From: Trichosphaerium sp. ATCC 40318
Taxonomy: Eukaryota; Protista; Tubulinea
Direction: 5' to 3'
Length of the DNA: 64,000 nt
Assembly: GCA_038496445.1 (NCBI GenBank)
Contig: JALMLS010000022.1
Coordinates: forward strand, 67,594 to 131,593
Shown here one piece after another: positions 37,534 to 50,801 of the stretch. How positions within the stretch are numbered: position 1 is the stretch's first letter; each line of letters begins with the position of its first letter. The notes under the pieces are model-generated. The model saw only the letters and a list, made by a program, of their open reading frames with translations, was not told the DNA's origin and searched no databases. A program made the position numbers and the translations under genes.

Positions 37534-40500
37534 TTACTTTACTTTTGTTACCAAAAACTCTTTGTTTATCAAGTAGAGAGTCATGTTAACATCTAAAGTG
37601 ACTTGTCCAAGATCCAACTCATGCTTGTTATTCTCCTTCTTTTCCAAGAGATCTTCAAGCTCCAACTATTAAGAAAAAAACATTAGTTCATCAACACTAC
37701 TCCATTCTTAGCTGTCTGAATTAAAACTTACCTCGAGTTTTCCAACGCTTATACCACTTATTTTTGCCTCTACAAGGAAGAATCCAGGTTGAGGTGCAGT
37801 AATAAAGAATCTAGTCTTGCCTCGGCTTTAAACAAAAAAAGGTTAACATCTTGAGAACAAAAAAACGTTACACTTACCTAATGGAAGGTACTGCAGAATG
37901 AAGGATAACACCTTGCTTGGCGAGATCACGATAGCTGTATTTTTTAGTACCGGTATTCTTCTTGAAGCTGAAGAAGCCCTGTTTCGGTTTCCTCTTCTAA
38001 ACGCGCATCAGAGGGCTTTTCGGACATTGACAATTACGCGTACCTCCTCGAAGATTGTTTTACGAAGTACTTGCAAGTATCCATCAAATTCAGTTACTTG
38101 CTTATCTAAATAAGCTGCATGTTTCTCCAAAGAACCTAAGGTAATTTTCAAACGAGTAATCTCTTTCATCTGTGCTTCACGGCGTTCTTCTCTGTGCGCA
38201 ACTTCCTAAACAGAAAAGTTATATTAAAAATCACGTGATTATTGGCGACAAAGCAACGTACCATAGCGACGTCTTTGAGCAAATCGGTGAGAGTATTATC
38301 ATCTTCTGCAATTTTACCTCCTTTCTTGAGTTTTGTAAGGTGGGAGTTGATGCTTGATACGAGCTTGACAATATCATCGTCTGTGAACAAAATTAGGTTT
38401 TGGAGTTCTAAGGTTGAGCTTTTTCAAGTACGTACTTGAAAGTTTTCCTGCCGTGTCAATGATATCTTTTAATGAACTAGCCTTCATACGCTCAATCTCC
38501 AAGCGCCTGAAAAGTTGTACAATATCTTCAACGCACATGGCATAAACTTGATCAACACTGACGGTATCTGTAAAGAAAACAGTAAGTTCATAACGAATCC
38601 AGAAAAGTAGTCATTACCTGATACTTTAGGTGCAAATCTGTTTTCCAGGTATAACTGGACTTCTTTATCATCGCTAGATGGAGGAACATCTACCGTATGT
38701 GAGATACTACGTTCGAATAACTTAATTCTTTACGCACCTAGATCGTCCATAATGACTTTGAGTGGATCACCTCCTTTCTTTGAGCAAATCTCATCCTTGT
38801 GCTTATGGAATAACGAATGAATAGTAACCAGTTCTTTGTGGCTAATAATAACGAATGGTGTTGTTTTTTGAGCCAATGCGTTAAAGCTGTTCATCTGGAG
38901 GAAGGTTTCTGGGTCTTCAACATCAATGAGATCCTAGCATCAAATGTTATGCCTTGATTTTAATGACACCTTATTATACCCTGTTGTAATTTAGTACATC
39001 TTCCCTTGTCTCTTCAATGAATTCATTGAGAACAAATAACTCATTCTTTCTTGGGAATTTGCCGAGATTGAAGACTTTTTGGAGTACTTTCGAGATCTAC
39101 AAAAGGGTGTTTTAGCAACTTTTTTGATGTTCTTTCAGCTCAATGGCACATACCTGAACGAGGTTCTTCCTGACGTTAATGCTGAGATCACGTTCGCATA
39201 CACCGTAGTTATCAGGTTGGACGATCATCAAGTTGATGAAACGGTAGAAGACGAAGTATCCGCTAACTTTCCAAACAACATTCTATAGCATGGTTAGTAA
39301 CAATAAGTAATCACACCCGTTACCTCATTTGTATCTGGGAATTTCTCAAGAGTAATATCGTGAATACGCTTACAGATAACACGTAGACCATAAGGCATAT
39401 CCTAGAAATGATAAGCCAAGCATAGACATTGAAGAAACCATGTTTTTTTTGCTTACACTCAATTTTTTTCTGATTGTGTCGAAGATTGTTTTACAAGCAG
39501 CGACGAGAGCTGTCTTTCTTTCGTCAATTATCTTCATTACATCTGGATCTTTAGCTGCCTTAAAAGTACTTTGTAAGGTACACAGAATACGAGCATAGTT
39601 CGCAATATTGAAGTACCTCCTCAGCAGATACACCTTTCTTCTTTTCTGATTTTTGTCCTGTCTTTACTTCGTATTCGCTGATCAATTGTGAGTATATCTA
39701 TACAAGTAATCAACACCCATTGGACGTATATAAGTACATACACGTAATGGATTGACTTCGAAGCTGACTGCTTCGTTCTCAAGAGTCTTTAATACAACCT
39801 CAGAGAAAGCTTTAACCAAATATTCGCGACCAAGCTTCCTGTTATTGTACGCCAACACCATACGTGGTACAGAAGACTCATGCTCTTCTGTAAACTTAGA
39901 CATATCACCTACAGAGATTGTATTAACGCCCGATCTTGTAAATAATAGGAAGCATACCGTCTTGATAATCTACCTCCAAATCAATGGCTTTTTTAAATAG
40001 TTCAAGAATAAGGAATTCTTCTCTTGGCGAGAAAGCGCTTCCAAACAGTGTTATAATCATAGTATTCTGGAACTCGCTCATTTCTTTAGATGTAATGAGA
40101 TTCGCACTATCAACACATGAGAAATGAGAAGGCAAAAAGAAAAGAGAATTAAAACGGAAGAAAAATAATCGTACAGTTTAGCGAGATAAATAGGCTTAGT
40201 TTGAAGCAAGAACAATAGTTGAGAGTATAGACGTAAATGCCTGTTCGTTATCTTTTCACCAACGTCTACTTCTTCCTTGACATTTTTCTTCAGCTTAGGC
40301 TTTTCCATGTGCTAAAAAGAGCAAAGTAAGTACTCAATAAAAGGTAATTATTTTATCACGTGGTAAGCTAGAAATATCACGTGATTTTTTTTTTTTTGTT
40401 ATCCTAAAATGCTTACCTGGATATGGTGCTTGTGGGATATCAATAACTCGATTTTCTTGTCTAGTTTCTTGTGTTTTCTCTCCTTTGTAAAGTTTGTACG

Positions 40501-40758
40501 AAGTTGTTTCATAATACCTTTACGAAGCTCCATGATTTCTAAAGAAAGAAATAGCGTCATTGATTACGTTGACATTTAATTGAATTGTTTTTACCTTTAA
40601 TAAGGTCTCTCTCCTCTGTAGCTGCGCCTGCGATACCCAAGAGGTTTTTTATCTCGGCTGGCGTCAAGTTACCCTATCGACAAAAGTTAGTTTAGTATTT
40701 TTAGTAAACGGTAGTGTACTCTGTTCATTCGGCTTTGGTAGCGTTTGTATTCAACCAT
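37534..40758 (-). CDS. IQGAP-related protein (RasGAP-related domain and RasGAP_C), Dictyostelium DGAP1/GAPA type
   Basis: YSQLLFLLQTKPIYLAKL, TLFGSAFSPREEFLILELFKKAI, FEVNP, MPYGLRVI, GYFVFYRFINL and KVTLDVNMTLYLINKEF. Confidence 0.9.
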
Positions 40759-40993
40759 TTCGCGAAGAAGCATACGGGCGTTCAAAACTAAAGAAATAAA
40801 TTGTGAGCTAATCATTCGATAACGCCATACAAAACTAAAGTTCAACGCCGTGGCGATACAAAACGGCAGTAGCGAAAGAGAAAAAAAAAATAAATTAGAA
40901 AACAGCAAATTAAAAATATTATGGCTTTGGTTTTTAGATCACTACTTCGCTATCGGTTGTTGCGAGCTCACGTGATTTAAATAAGATAAAGGT

Positions 40994-41197
40994 CTATCTT
41001 TTTTTTAATTTTTGGTACACGTGAGCGCTTACGCTTAGTATTACGAACGTAGCTAGACTATAAAGGCTTGGTAACGTACGAATTTTGATACATTCTTTCT
41101 CCTTTTCCCATACTTCCTGAGTCACTATACTAGCCGCTTCACGGGCTGCAGTTTTTGTGGATCTGAACTGTCGCGTTGTCTTACGTAGCATTGACAT
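40994..41197 (-). CDS. Possible small single-pass (mitochondrial-type) protein
   Basis: MSMLRKTTRQFRSTK is an Arg-rich, acid-free N-terminus; hydrophobic LPSLYSLATFVILSVSAHV; basic tail. Confidence 0.35.
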   Translation of the reverse strand: MSMLRKTTRQFRSTKTAAREAASIVTQEVWEKEKECIKIRTLPSLYSLATFVILSVSAHVYQKLKKR

Positions 41198-41432
41198 TGT
41201 GGTGTTGTTGAGATTAAATGTTTTTAATGTTGACTTAATACTATGTGAACGACAGTTAGAATTGCTGTAAGGCACACAAAAAGTTCGATAAAAGTTGTAC
41301 ATGACATTATTGTCTGAATTGTAGGCTCAACGTTTAATTCCTATTCTGACTATCCGAGAACGTAGGAAATAACTACAGTGCTTATTTTACCATAGTTTAT
41401 TTTGTTACAACTTACTCAAGAAGGGAAAGAAG

Positions 41433-43188
41433 TTACACGAGAATTCTTTCATAGTACACTGCCTCCTGATATGAAAAACAAATAGATACCGAAAATACGA
41501 CAGTACCAACACCGAGCAGTATACCCATCCATGCGTATGTTAAGATTAAAGCAGTAGATTCTTTCTTGGGGTTGAACTGGGACGTGTAGGAATCGAAGGT
41601 GGGTATCTGTTTATCAATTTGTGCCAAAGTTACATTAACATCAACTTTAACACTGCTGTCTCGTAACATATTCTCAATAGCTGTTTGGACTGTTGAGAGT
41701 AGCAAAGGGCTGTATGCCTATTGAATAGTTTAGCATGTATGCTAACAAAATAGGAAGACGTACTTGTGGATATCCATAAGCACCAAGACGTTCATAGCGA
41801 AGAAAAAAATCACCAGTTAATGGAAGGTTCTCCTAAGAGCCAAGGATTAATAAGAATTTGTATTTAAATCCACTTGTACAGTGCATTTTGTTATATTGTC
41901 ATTAGCGTAATCACATGATGTAGTTAATAGCATCTTTATGCTGGTTTTCGGAGTCCAATAAGAAGTTGTTATGGGAATAAGTACCATATAAGGAGTTCCC
42001 TACTATACGTTACTGTCATTCACTAATATTTTGAACTTACATCTTTTGATAAGTCTGGAGCGAATCCATAGTAGGACTTTTGTATCACAAGAGGTTGTTC
42101 GAAATGAAATACAAACTTTGAAGCATCTATTGGATCGACAAGTGATGTACTGTTGTCAAATAAAATATATCCTATGTAAAAAATAAGTAAAAATGAAGTA
42201 TCCTAAAGTTCACCTTCTGCGTAACTATGAACCCTAAGATATCTTAAATAAAACGCTACCAAAGCTCCCATGATCAGCGCAACAATCAAAACAGATCCAA
42301 TACGTAGTACAAAACACTAAAAATAGAGGCAATTAGAATGTTGTTTCAAAAAGGCATTGTACTTTGTTGCCTCTGAACTTTTTGCAACACAGAAAATGCA
42401 AAAAACCAAGATGAAACACAAGCAGTACTACAGAACACCCAATTGCAACCAGTGCGCCACCTTTAGAGATACACTGTTAGCCTCTTTTTAATAACCATTA
42501 GAGCACGTACCAAGTTGAAACGATGGCATTGTGAACCACAATGCAACAATTGATGCAATCACAATGAGCATCTGCTGAAGAAAGAGCGATGTCCTAAAGA
42601 TACAAAGCACATTAAACTAAGATTGAGGAGAACTAGTAGCCGTACATGCCAATACACCTTTTTTCTGATCCATATCTGCAACATATACATCTTCCTACTG
42701 TTTGTATCTTCCTATGCCTTCGCCTGTCTTTCTCAAAACGAAGGTTCGCGACAACAGCTTTTTGACCACAAGCAATACTATTTTCCCTTGTTTCACCAAA
42801 GTTTTTTCTCCACATAACAGAATCTCCAGACACTACATACCTGATGACTTGTGATCACGTGATTAACATTAAAAAACATGTTTCGGAAAATATTTCAAAC
42901 GTAAACAAACGACAAGAGGTCGTACATGCGCTTGGAAGCCAGTGCCGCTGCGTAAAGTGACTTCTTTCCGAGATACGACAGTACTTCAACAATAATCTAC
43001 AAAAACATGAAAATCCGTATCCTCATTCTCTTTGAAGCCGTATTCAAGTTTCTTGTACTAACCTCAGCTGATAGAACGCCAAAAGCGCTGTTGTCATGTC
43101 CAGAAGGGTATATGGCAAGTTTCTCCACCCTTGATGGGTGTAACCACATTAACCGATCAATTCTCAGCTGTTCGTCCAGTTCTTCCAT
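41433..43188 (-). CDS. F-box-containing multipass membrane protein
   Basis: Spliced FGVLSAE|IIVEVLSYLGKKSLYAAALASKRM...DSVMWR (F-box), three TM helices, a luminal loop and a C-terminal TM ALILTYAWMGILLGVGTVVFSVSICF. Confidence 0.7.
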
Positions 43189-43318
43189 TGAGGTATCTAA
43201 GAACTTACGATCGTGGTAACTGAAGCTCATTAGACACGTGAGAATATGCGAACAGACCAACAGCCAGAATTTCCTTGTCAGTACAAGTCAAGAAAAAAAA
43301 GGAAAAAATAAAGAGACT

Positions 43319-44398
43319 ATGCGCACGCTTTTCTGTGTTTGCTTGGTATTCCTGATACACGTGATACCTCTGAAAGCGATCCCATGGCGTATACAGAATC
43401 GATTGTTTATTGGTAAACCAGAAGATGCCAAATGGCCCGCAGTAACGAACGAAACGTTCACGTGCGTCCATATCAATTTTTACTAAATTAAAACATTTTG
43501 ACAAACTTTTGGGAATCTTCGCTAGGATAAACGTATTTTGTTTCGACTTATGCCTACTATAAGAGGTGTTGTCAATGTGGCTGCAGAGACGGACCCTAAC
43601 TATCCAAACGAGGCATATGATAATGGTACTCTTTCTTTTTACTACGCGAAGGCACGTTTTTGATCAAAATAAAAACAGTCATTTAAAAAAAAAATTAGTC
43701 CGCTCTTCGCAATACTGAAGTGCCTTTCATGTCTTTGGTGAGCTCTGTCAACTCCCTCAACGATGTTTTGTTGTACTTGTCAGGTTTGTTAATGCTTGTG
43801 ATTCATCGTCATCTCACTTTTTTAATCACAGGCGATGTGCTTGTTTTTGGTAGCAACGATTTAGGTGACTCATAACGGTTTTTAGTTGACTAAAATATTT
43901 AATCAGGGCGTTCAGCTGTAGTTGTGTCACTACTCTTGTTCAATAAAAAACCACAAGACTATGACAACATTGAAGACGCATTGGATAAGGTCATAACATT
44001 AATCAAAGAGCCAGTGCGTGTTGATGAAGGTATGGAAGTTTCCTGTACTCAAAGATAACAACTCACTAGGATTAAAGAATGTAATGATTAATGTTGGCAT
44101 GTACAGAATTCTTAATGCAACTTTATTTCATCCTTCACCACCTTTTGATGAGCACCCAGAGGTACTAATAAAGTACATTTTATACTGTAAGAAGCTAAGA
44201 GAGATGTATTAATAGCACGCTGTAAATGCATGGTTGACAGTTTTTCTTGTTATATTCGCGGTTGCCTTTTTTCTTTCACTTGCATACATTGTTTACACCG
44301 GGTTCAAAAAGCCAAAATTAGGTGGTCAAAGTGCGTACTAAAAATACAGTTTTAAAAGGTTTCTAATCAACTTATAAGATCGGGCTCTGTTACAATAG
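43319..44398 (+). CDS. Signal-peptide and TM-anchored dual-specificity-phosphatase-like protein lacking the catalytic Cys
   Basis: MRTLFCVCLVFLIHVIPLKA; IQNRLFIGKPEDA; TGVVNVAAE; GDVLVFGSNDLGRSAVVVSLLLF; IEDALDKV; TM WLTVFLVIFAVAFFLSLAYIVY. Confidence 0.72.
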
Positions 44399-44422
44399 GA
44401 TACCAAAAAAGATGATTTTTTT

Positions 44423-45781
44423 TTATGATGTATTGTCTTTGTAAATGTCTACTACTCTTTGTAACGTTGGTCTGTTATCAGGATTCGCACTCCAACATGA
44501 CGTCATGATGTCCTCAAAGTAAGGCATCATAGGCCTTGTTATCTGTGGTCGTTTGTTGGCAAGAGTTTGTTTGATTGCTGATTCTGTATTACATCCATCG
44601 AATACAGCACGTGCCTCCAAAACTTCGTAGAGTAGGTAACCATACATGAACACATCAGCCGCAAAAGTATAATCAGCGTTGTCCTTTGATACAACTGTTT
44701 CAGGGCTATAACGTCTAAGTGTTCTAAGGAAGGTATAAGGAGGGTGGCAGAGCAAATATTGAGCAGTACCCTCGTAACACTTTTGTTTTTTCGTGCTTGT
44801 ATTGTGATTGGCAAAAATCTGCAACAACTGCACTGTATACACCATTCTCGTCTTTATGTACCAGAACATTGTTCGTTGATATGTCTTTGTGATAACTACC
44901 ATTACTGTGCATAAATGCAAGACCTTGAAAGAAAGATTAGCAACATACTTTGCGATTCTCAAACAAGTTTTTAGTTTTTGAAAGAAACACAACCTTTTGC
45001 GATGTCTGAACAAAGTTTGTGCCAAAACGGATTAGGAAAAGGTTTGCCAGTGTCTTCAAGAAGAGATGTAGCTTCTTTGATGCTTCGTGACCTTCTTGCT
45101 TGAATGACATCTGTCAAACATCCATCAGAACAAAATCCTAATTCCAGTTAAATACTCCACGTTTTCATCCGTTGTAAGGTACCTAAAACAATGAAAAACG
45201 ATGTACTATCTTCGTTGTAACCCAGCCATAGCATTTTGGTAGATTGGGATGTTCCAGTGCTCTACGTTTTATTAGTCTTGGCGAATATGTAGCGTTGCGT
45301 ACCGCAAGAAGAGGAGTTCGCGTTTGAACGAACTAAAAGACAGGTTTTTACGTTTTTTCATTTGGTAGTTTTTTACAGCGACAGGGGTGCTGCTTTCAAC
45401 ACTTCACGCCACACTGTACCGCTCACGCCATTTCCCAACCGTTTTTGGTTATTTGATAAATCATTGACGTACATTCTATCACTAGTACGTTTGTAAACCT
45501 TTGAGCTCACTATAGTGAGCGCCGTACTTGTATGGCTCTTGCTCATTGTAAAATACTTCTACGCCCTCCTTCCACAGCCTTTCTTGTTGCTTAAAAGCCT
45601 CTCGCCGTTCTTTTTTAGTGGCTACATACGTTTTAGCCAAAATCGGAAATAGAACCTCTCTACCATACGTTTTTGTGCTATAGATGCATAACCCTTGAGT
45701 GTGATGCTTTTTACAGCGATGACCTTGCAATTTAACTGACACGTAGACCATTTTCAACAAAAAGTAAGTTAGTTTTTTCAT
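44423..45781 (-). CDS. Tyrosine-kinase-like protein kinase (two apparent 1-nt indels; start uncertain)
   Basis: LGNGVSGTV, VAVK, FKREL, HPNL, GLAFMH...YHKDISTNNVLV, VADFC, GTLRRYSPE, ADVFMYG and CWSANPDNRP. Confidence 0.82.
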
Positions 45782-45981
45782 GTTTTTTCTCGAATTTTTC
45801 TCACTTGTCAGCTGCCTGAGTTACAGAGCTAACCAAATACAAAAATAAACGTGCAAATTGCGAGAATAATATTTATGTACAAGTCCAATCATAATCTACT
45901 GTACATGTGTTTGACAACCATCAAACCTTTTGACGTCTAAAAAATTTTTTCCTAAACACCTTTTTTTTTTCGATTCACAAC

Positions 45982-48797
45982 CTACACTTTGACGACCTTC
46001 ACGTGCGTTCGTTGCACAACAGGTGTTAATTTCTCACCAGGTGGATGTATGGTCATCATAGCGTAAGTACCACCAGCATAACCACGAGCCAAACGACCAG
46101 TGTTAACGCATAAAACATCATTCAAGTTCTAAGCATAGAAAATTAGAAGTGAACGTTTAATTTTTGTAGTGCCTTTGTAAAAGGTGTCAATGCAGAGCCA
46201 AGGAGCAGAATATCTGGTGTGTACGACATTTGGTATTGCTTCCATCTACATGTATCCAATTGAGCTTCACCAGTGGCAGGTGGAGGATACAATGGATAAA
46301 AGCTTAAAAACCAAAGTCAATTAAACATGATACAAGTGTAACGAATCTAAAAAAGTGGTACCTTTGTTGTTCTACTAGATGACGAGTAACATCTCCCAAT
46401 CGATCGCGTGATTGTTGACCGTTCATAGGAGCGCTATTCGAATGTTATGTAGGTACTTACAAAGACATAACATACCGGCCAAACTCAGCACCAGCAAGAT
46501 GTCTTAGAATATCATTTGTTGTGACACCAATGGACACTCCATTAATTCTAATAATGGAGGGATTCGCTGCACAAGTGACTCTGTTGAGAAGCGATTTAGC
46601 ACTTTGGTTGAATCCTGGTTGTGGGAATACATAAGAGTGCTAGAAAAGTTAGACTTCCAGAAAAGAATAAAACGGGAAAAAGTATTTATTTCTTTTGCTG
46701 AAAAAGAAACACTAAAAACGGCGAGCTGTAGCAAGCATTAAAATTAAATGCAATAAAACATTTATGTGGGAGTAAACGTACGTGTGCATCATTTAGAGAA
46801 GGCACAAGGATGACTTGGGTGTCGAGGTTACTTAATCTCGATAATCCCTTAGGACTGTTCATTAGCTTGTCAAACACTTGCTCAAAGCTCTCTTCTAGTA
46901 TAGCGTCTTCGATATGTGGATGCTTGCTATCTACAAATGGACCCATCTAACAACAACAGTTAACACAAGGCTGGTGTATAGTGAAACTTAAAGCAAAAAT
47001 AGAGCAAAACTCACAAGCAATAGAACGTCTGGTTTCTTCTCAATAACTTTCTCCATAAGCTTGTTCCAAGGCTCGTAATCCATATCTGAGGCAATACTGT
47101 AAGCTCCAGAAGCGACCATCATAGTAAATGAAGCATCAGTGGAAGGAGAAGGGCTAACAGAAACTATCAGTAAAAGGTAGTCACAACAGTCAAAAAAGAG
47201 CAAAACAAAACACAGGTAAACGGAACGCACCATGGTGGTTCAGCAGCACTTCGGATAATCTCCTTAGCGACCAAATGTGTACCGTAGTGGTTGTATCCTT
47301 TGATAGCAACAACCTAGAGGTAGTAGAGGTGAGCACAAGTAAACTCACAACACCTTTTGTAGTTCATACCTGACCAGGAAATAGAGAAAATCGTTTTTGC
47401 TCAAGCAAGTCAACACGAACACGCATTGGGTGTCCTGTAATGGAAGAGCTTCCAACCAAAAAAGTTGATCGCATACCTAATCTGCTACTTACTTCAGCTG
47501 ATACACGGCCAACAGCAACAACAGGTTCCTAAATAAACGAATCAGCACAAGAAGAAAATGACAAACATTGAATAAAAAAAAAAACCCAGGTCAGAACATA
47601 CCTGACTGGCTGTGTCAAATTGACCGACAGCTTCTTCTGGGATATCGTGGTTATCACACAGTTTTTTACCGAAACTCTCCAGATGGTTCTCCAAGTCTAC
47701 ACGCAAGTGAGTCAACAAGGCGTGTTTGCAAGTAAAATGTTTTGGATTTTTTGTGAGTTTTTTTTTGTTTTAGACTCAGTCAGTAACGTAGATATCGACA
47801 CGGCATCAATTCCGTCCGCCCGTTCGCAATGCATCATAGTACAAACAAACAAAAAACAAGTGCAAAGCGTTTTTTACCATTCCTTTTTTGGTTAAAAATA
47901 CGTACTGGCATAACGAGTTGATGGCGCTTCATGGCAAGCCATATCAGGTCCAGAACGCTTCTTGTAGCGGTCGTCAATTTCAATTGATATAGGTACTGAG
48001 TTTTTAAGTGTCTGCGGAAGATGTGGATTGAAAGAGACCTGAAATAAACTCGATTAATAATACCCACAAAAAAAAAACTGTAAAAGATTGTAATAACAAT
48101 GAATAAAAATACCACGAATCTTGTTGTTGCATTACCTGGATTTCACCAGCGTTTTTACGGCTGACGTATTTGTTACTAACGTGTTGGGAGACAGGGCGGA
48201 TTTTTGCTTTCGGTGCGACAACTGGTGCGCGTTTAGGTGTTGGTGCGGGTCCGCTAGGAGCCAAACGTTAGAAAGTTTGAAATTTAACGGTGATAATGTA
48301 CCCAATTTGATCAAGGTCCATTATATCAATATCCATAGCCTATATAATGTGTGAGGATACTACATTTGTATTGGCGGTAACGTACATCGTCAGCAATGGA
48401 TTGCCAATTACCAGTAGACTGTACAGCTGGTGCTTTGACCCTACAGGCAATTTTAGTGCTTACAAGTGCGTTTAAAGTATTGTACATTGGTTCTCGTTTA
48501 ACATTAACCAAGTTTGATTTAACCTTGTCTTTGTAAGGTTTAGAACCTTCTAGCATGTGTATAACATCAAGAGTAAGTTTGGTGTCCTCCATAGAGGCGG
48601 AAACAATCATCCACATGTCTGCGAGGTCCTCTGCGCTAACTCGCCCATTATTTGCCAGTTCCACGGCTTTTACGAGCGTCAGCGCCTATTACATTTACAA
48701 AGTACGTTCTCGCACCTTTTTCAACCGCATTTTCAGCAATTTCAAAATCTTCAGCTTCAAAGGCGTCCTTTAGGCTAGTTCTGGTACATACACTCAT
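45982..48797 (-). CDS. POLA2: DNA polymerase alpha subunit B
   Basis: VVAVGRV, FSLFPGQVVAIKGYN, MMVASGAY, PDVLLLMGPFVDSKHP, VILVPSLNDA, FYPLYPP, TPDILLLGSALTPF and LCVNTGRL. Confidence 0.93.
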
Positions 48798-49435
48798 GTT
48801 GTAAGTTTTAGCCTTCGTTTTAAAATGGCGGGACTGGAATATTCGTGACTATCGCAGATCAAGCGGAAACAACACGGCTGCTTGATTTTCACACGTACAG
48901 GTCTACTACACAGTTAATTTGTACGTATGGGCGACAAGTTGGAAATAGCGTATAGGTGCAACTTTTTGAACTTCGTTTGGGTCCATTGTGCTTGATTGAA
49001 CGATTGTGGATTGACACGAAATCTGTAAACGTTCTTCGTACCGTATTTAACCACACAAGTTGAGTTGTAAATGTATAAATTGTTATTGTACAGCGAAATA
49101 CAATCTGCTCTTCCACGTGATAAAAGCTATTTTATGAAGTTTTTTGGATAACATAATTACACTTGCATATTGACCTTTTCTGTTCCACTCAACTAATTGT
49201 ATTCTCCTTCTTATATCATCGGCGTAAATACAGTGCTTGCACATTTGGCTTTGTATTTCTTAACAAGTGTTGCCTTTGAGACGCAAAGTTTAAAGGTTGT
49301 TTCAGTATAATCCAAAAAAAACCTTTAAGGTTTTTACTTCGACTTTTTTTTGGAGAATGTTTGATTTACATTGCCTCGGTCTTTTGGGCTCGCCTTGACC
49401 GCGTGGAGGGCACTCTATATCATTAACACACGAGC

Positions 49436-49520
49436 GCTTGGATGCCCGAGTTGGTTAAGGGGCTCGACTCAAGTTCGACTGGACATTACGTCCGCGTGGG
49501 TTCAAATCCCACTCCAAGCA
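49436..49520 (+). tRNA. tRNA-Leu(CAA), intronless
   Basis: GCTTGGA/TCCAAGC acceptor stem, D-loop GAGTTGGTTAAG, anticodon loop CTCAAGT, long variable arm GGAC-ATTAC-GTCC, T-arm GTGGGTTCAAATCCCAC. Confidence 0.93.
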
Positions 49521-49781
49521 ATTTTGCAACGCCATGCTAGCTTGAATATGATATTGCAGATTACGCAGCAAGCACGCTTCCCTATTTTTTTTTTATCGTG
49601 ACTTGCAAACTTACAATAATGAAAACACGTGCAACTTGATATTCTATCGCCACAACTTTGGACCCAACAGACTGTAAGAGCTTCTCAGATGGTAGGTCAC
49701 AAGCTCAAAGCCCTCAGTTCTGGTTTAAGGCCTGATCAAATTGTCAACGGCTTTCTGTTTTAGTCCATCTCAACACAAACA

Positions 49782-50725
49782 ATGCCCAAAGGAAGTTCAA
49801 ACCAACGTTCCAAACAAACAACCACCGCCAAAATTATATTAATAGGCGATTCAGGCACTCACTCAACCAATCATTACTATTAACGTTTCAATAGGCTCTG
49901 GTGTAGGCAAAACAGCAATACTGAGCAGATATGTACAAAACAAGTTTACTTCCCAATACAAGGCAACGATTGGTGCTGACTTTGTACGCCAGAAGTAACT
50001 TCTCATATTTTCAGTTAACACTGTTTGTAAAGCTGTCTAAAATGGTAAACGGAACACATTTTGATCTTAATATCAACCTTCAGATGTGGGAGTACGCCTG
50101 GTCTTACTACTCGTTTAACCCACTAATACGAGTTTAAGCACTGCAGGTCGCGAACGATTTGCGAGTTTAGGTTGAGAATACAAGGTTTCTGATTGTTGCT
50201 CTGATTGGTTTTTAGGTAATGCATTTTATCGTGGTGCAGATGCTGCTCTTCTCGTTTATGATGTAAAACAAAAGAAAACGTTCGAGAGTTTGAAGCTTTG
50301 GAAAGAAGGACTCGAGCAGATTTTGGGCACTGGTGCTGAAAAGGTGCAATAAACATACCTAAAGTTGTTTGTGCAATTCTAACAATGCAATGCAGTGTGT
50401 CATGGTTCTTGTTGCAAATAAGGTCGAGGATGGTGTGGATAGACAAGTATCCACGAAAGAGGGTAAAGAACTAGCCACTTTCTGGAATATGCTTTACTAT
50501 GAAGTCAGTGCCAAAGAGGTCAGTAGACGCGCTGCAGAAGTTTTCTTTTTTTTTCCTATTGCTCACTCGATAGTTCAGGGCACTGGTATCCATGAAATGT
50601 TTGCGTCTATCATCGAAAGACTAGAGACTCCATTGTTTAAGCAACAACAACAACTGCATACAAGCCTAACTGCCAATAGTAACGCTTCTCTCTTACGCAA
50701 GTTTTGTTCGTGGCTTGGTGTATGA
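49782..50725 (+). CDS. Divergent Rab7-like small GTPase
   Basis: [48 protein letters not shown] and EVSAK. Confidence 0.85.
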
Positions 50726-50801
50726 AACAAAATCCAAAAAAGGGTGTAACATTAGTTTCAGGTTGATTAATTTAGAATACATTTATTTTATGTACACACG
50801 A

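Noticed and set aside
43205-43504. Minus-strand ORFs as the start of the F-box gene
   Set aside because: They are antisense to the better supported plus-strand signal-peptide/DSP gene.
44725-44775. Apparent kinase frameshift between ORFs 44724-44912 and 44423-45025
   Set aside because: Resolved by a short GT-AG intron giving VLRG|TLRRYSPE.
45200-45420. Programmed frameshifting or pseudogenisation of the kinase
   Set aside because: Both shifts sit in short homopolymers (AAA, GGG), compatible with consensus errors; reads are needed to call a pseudogene.
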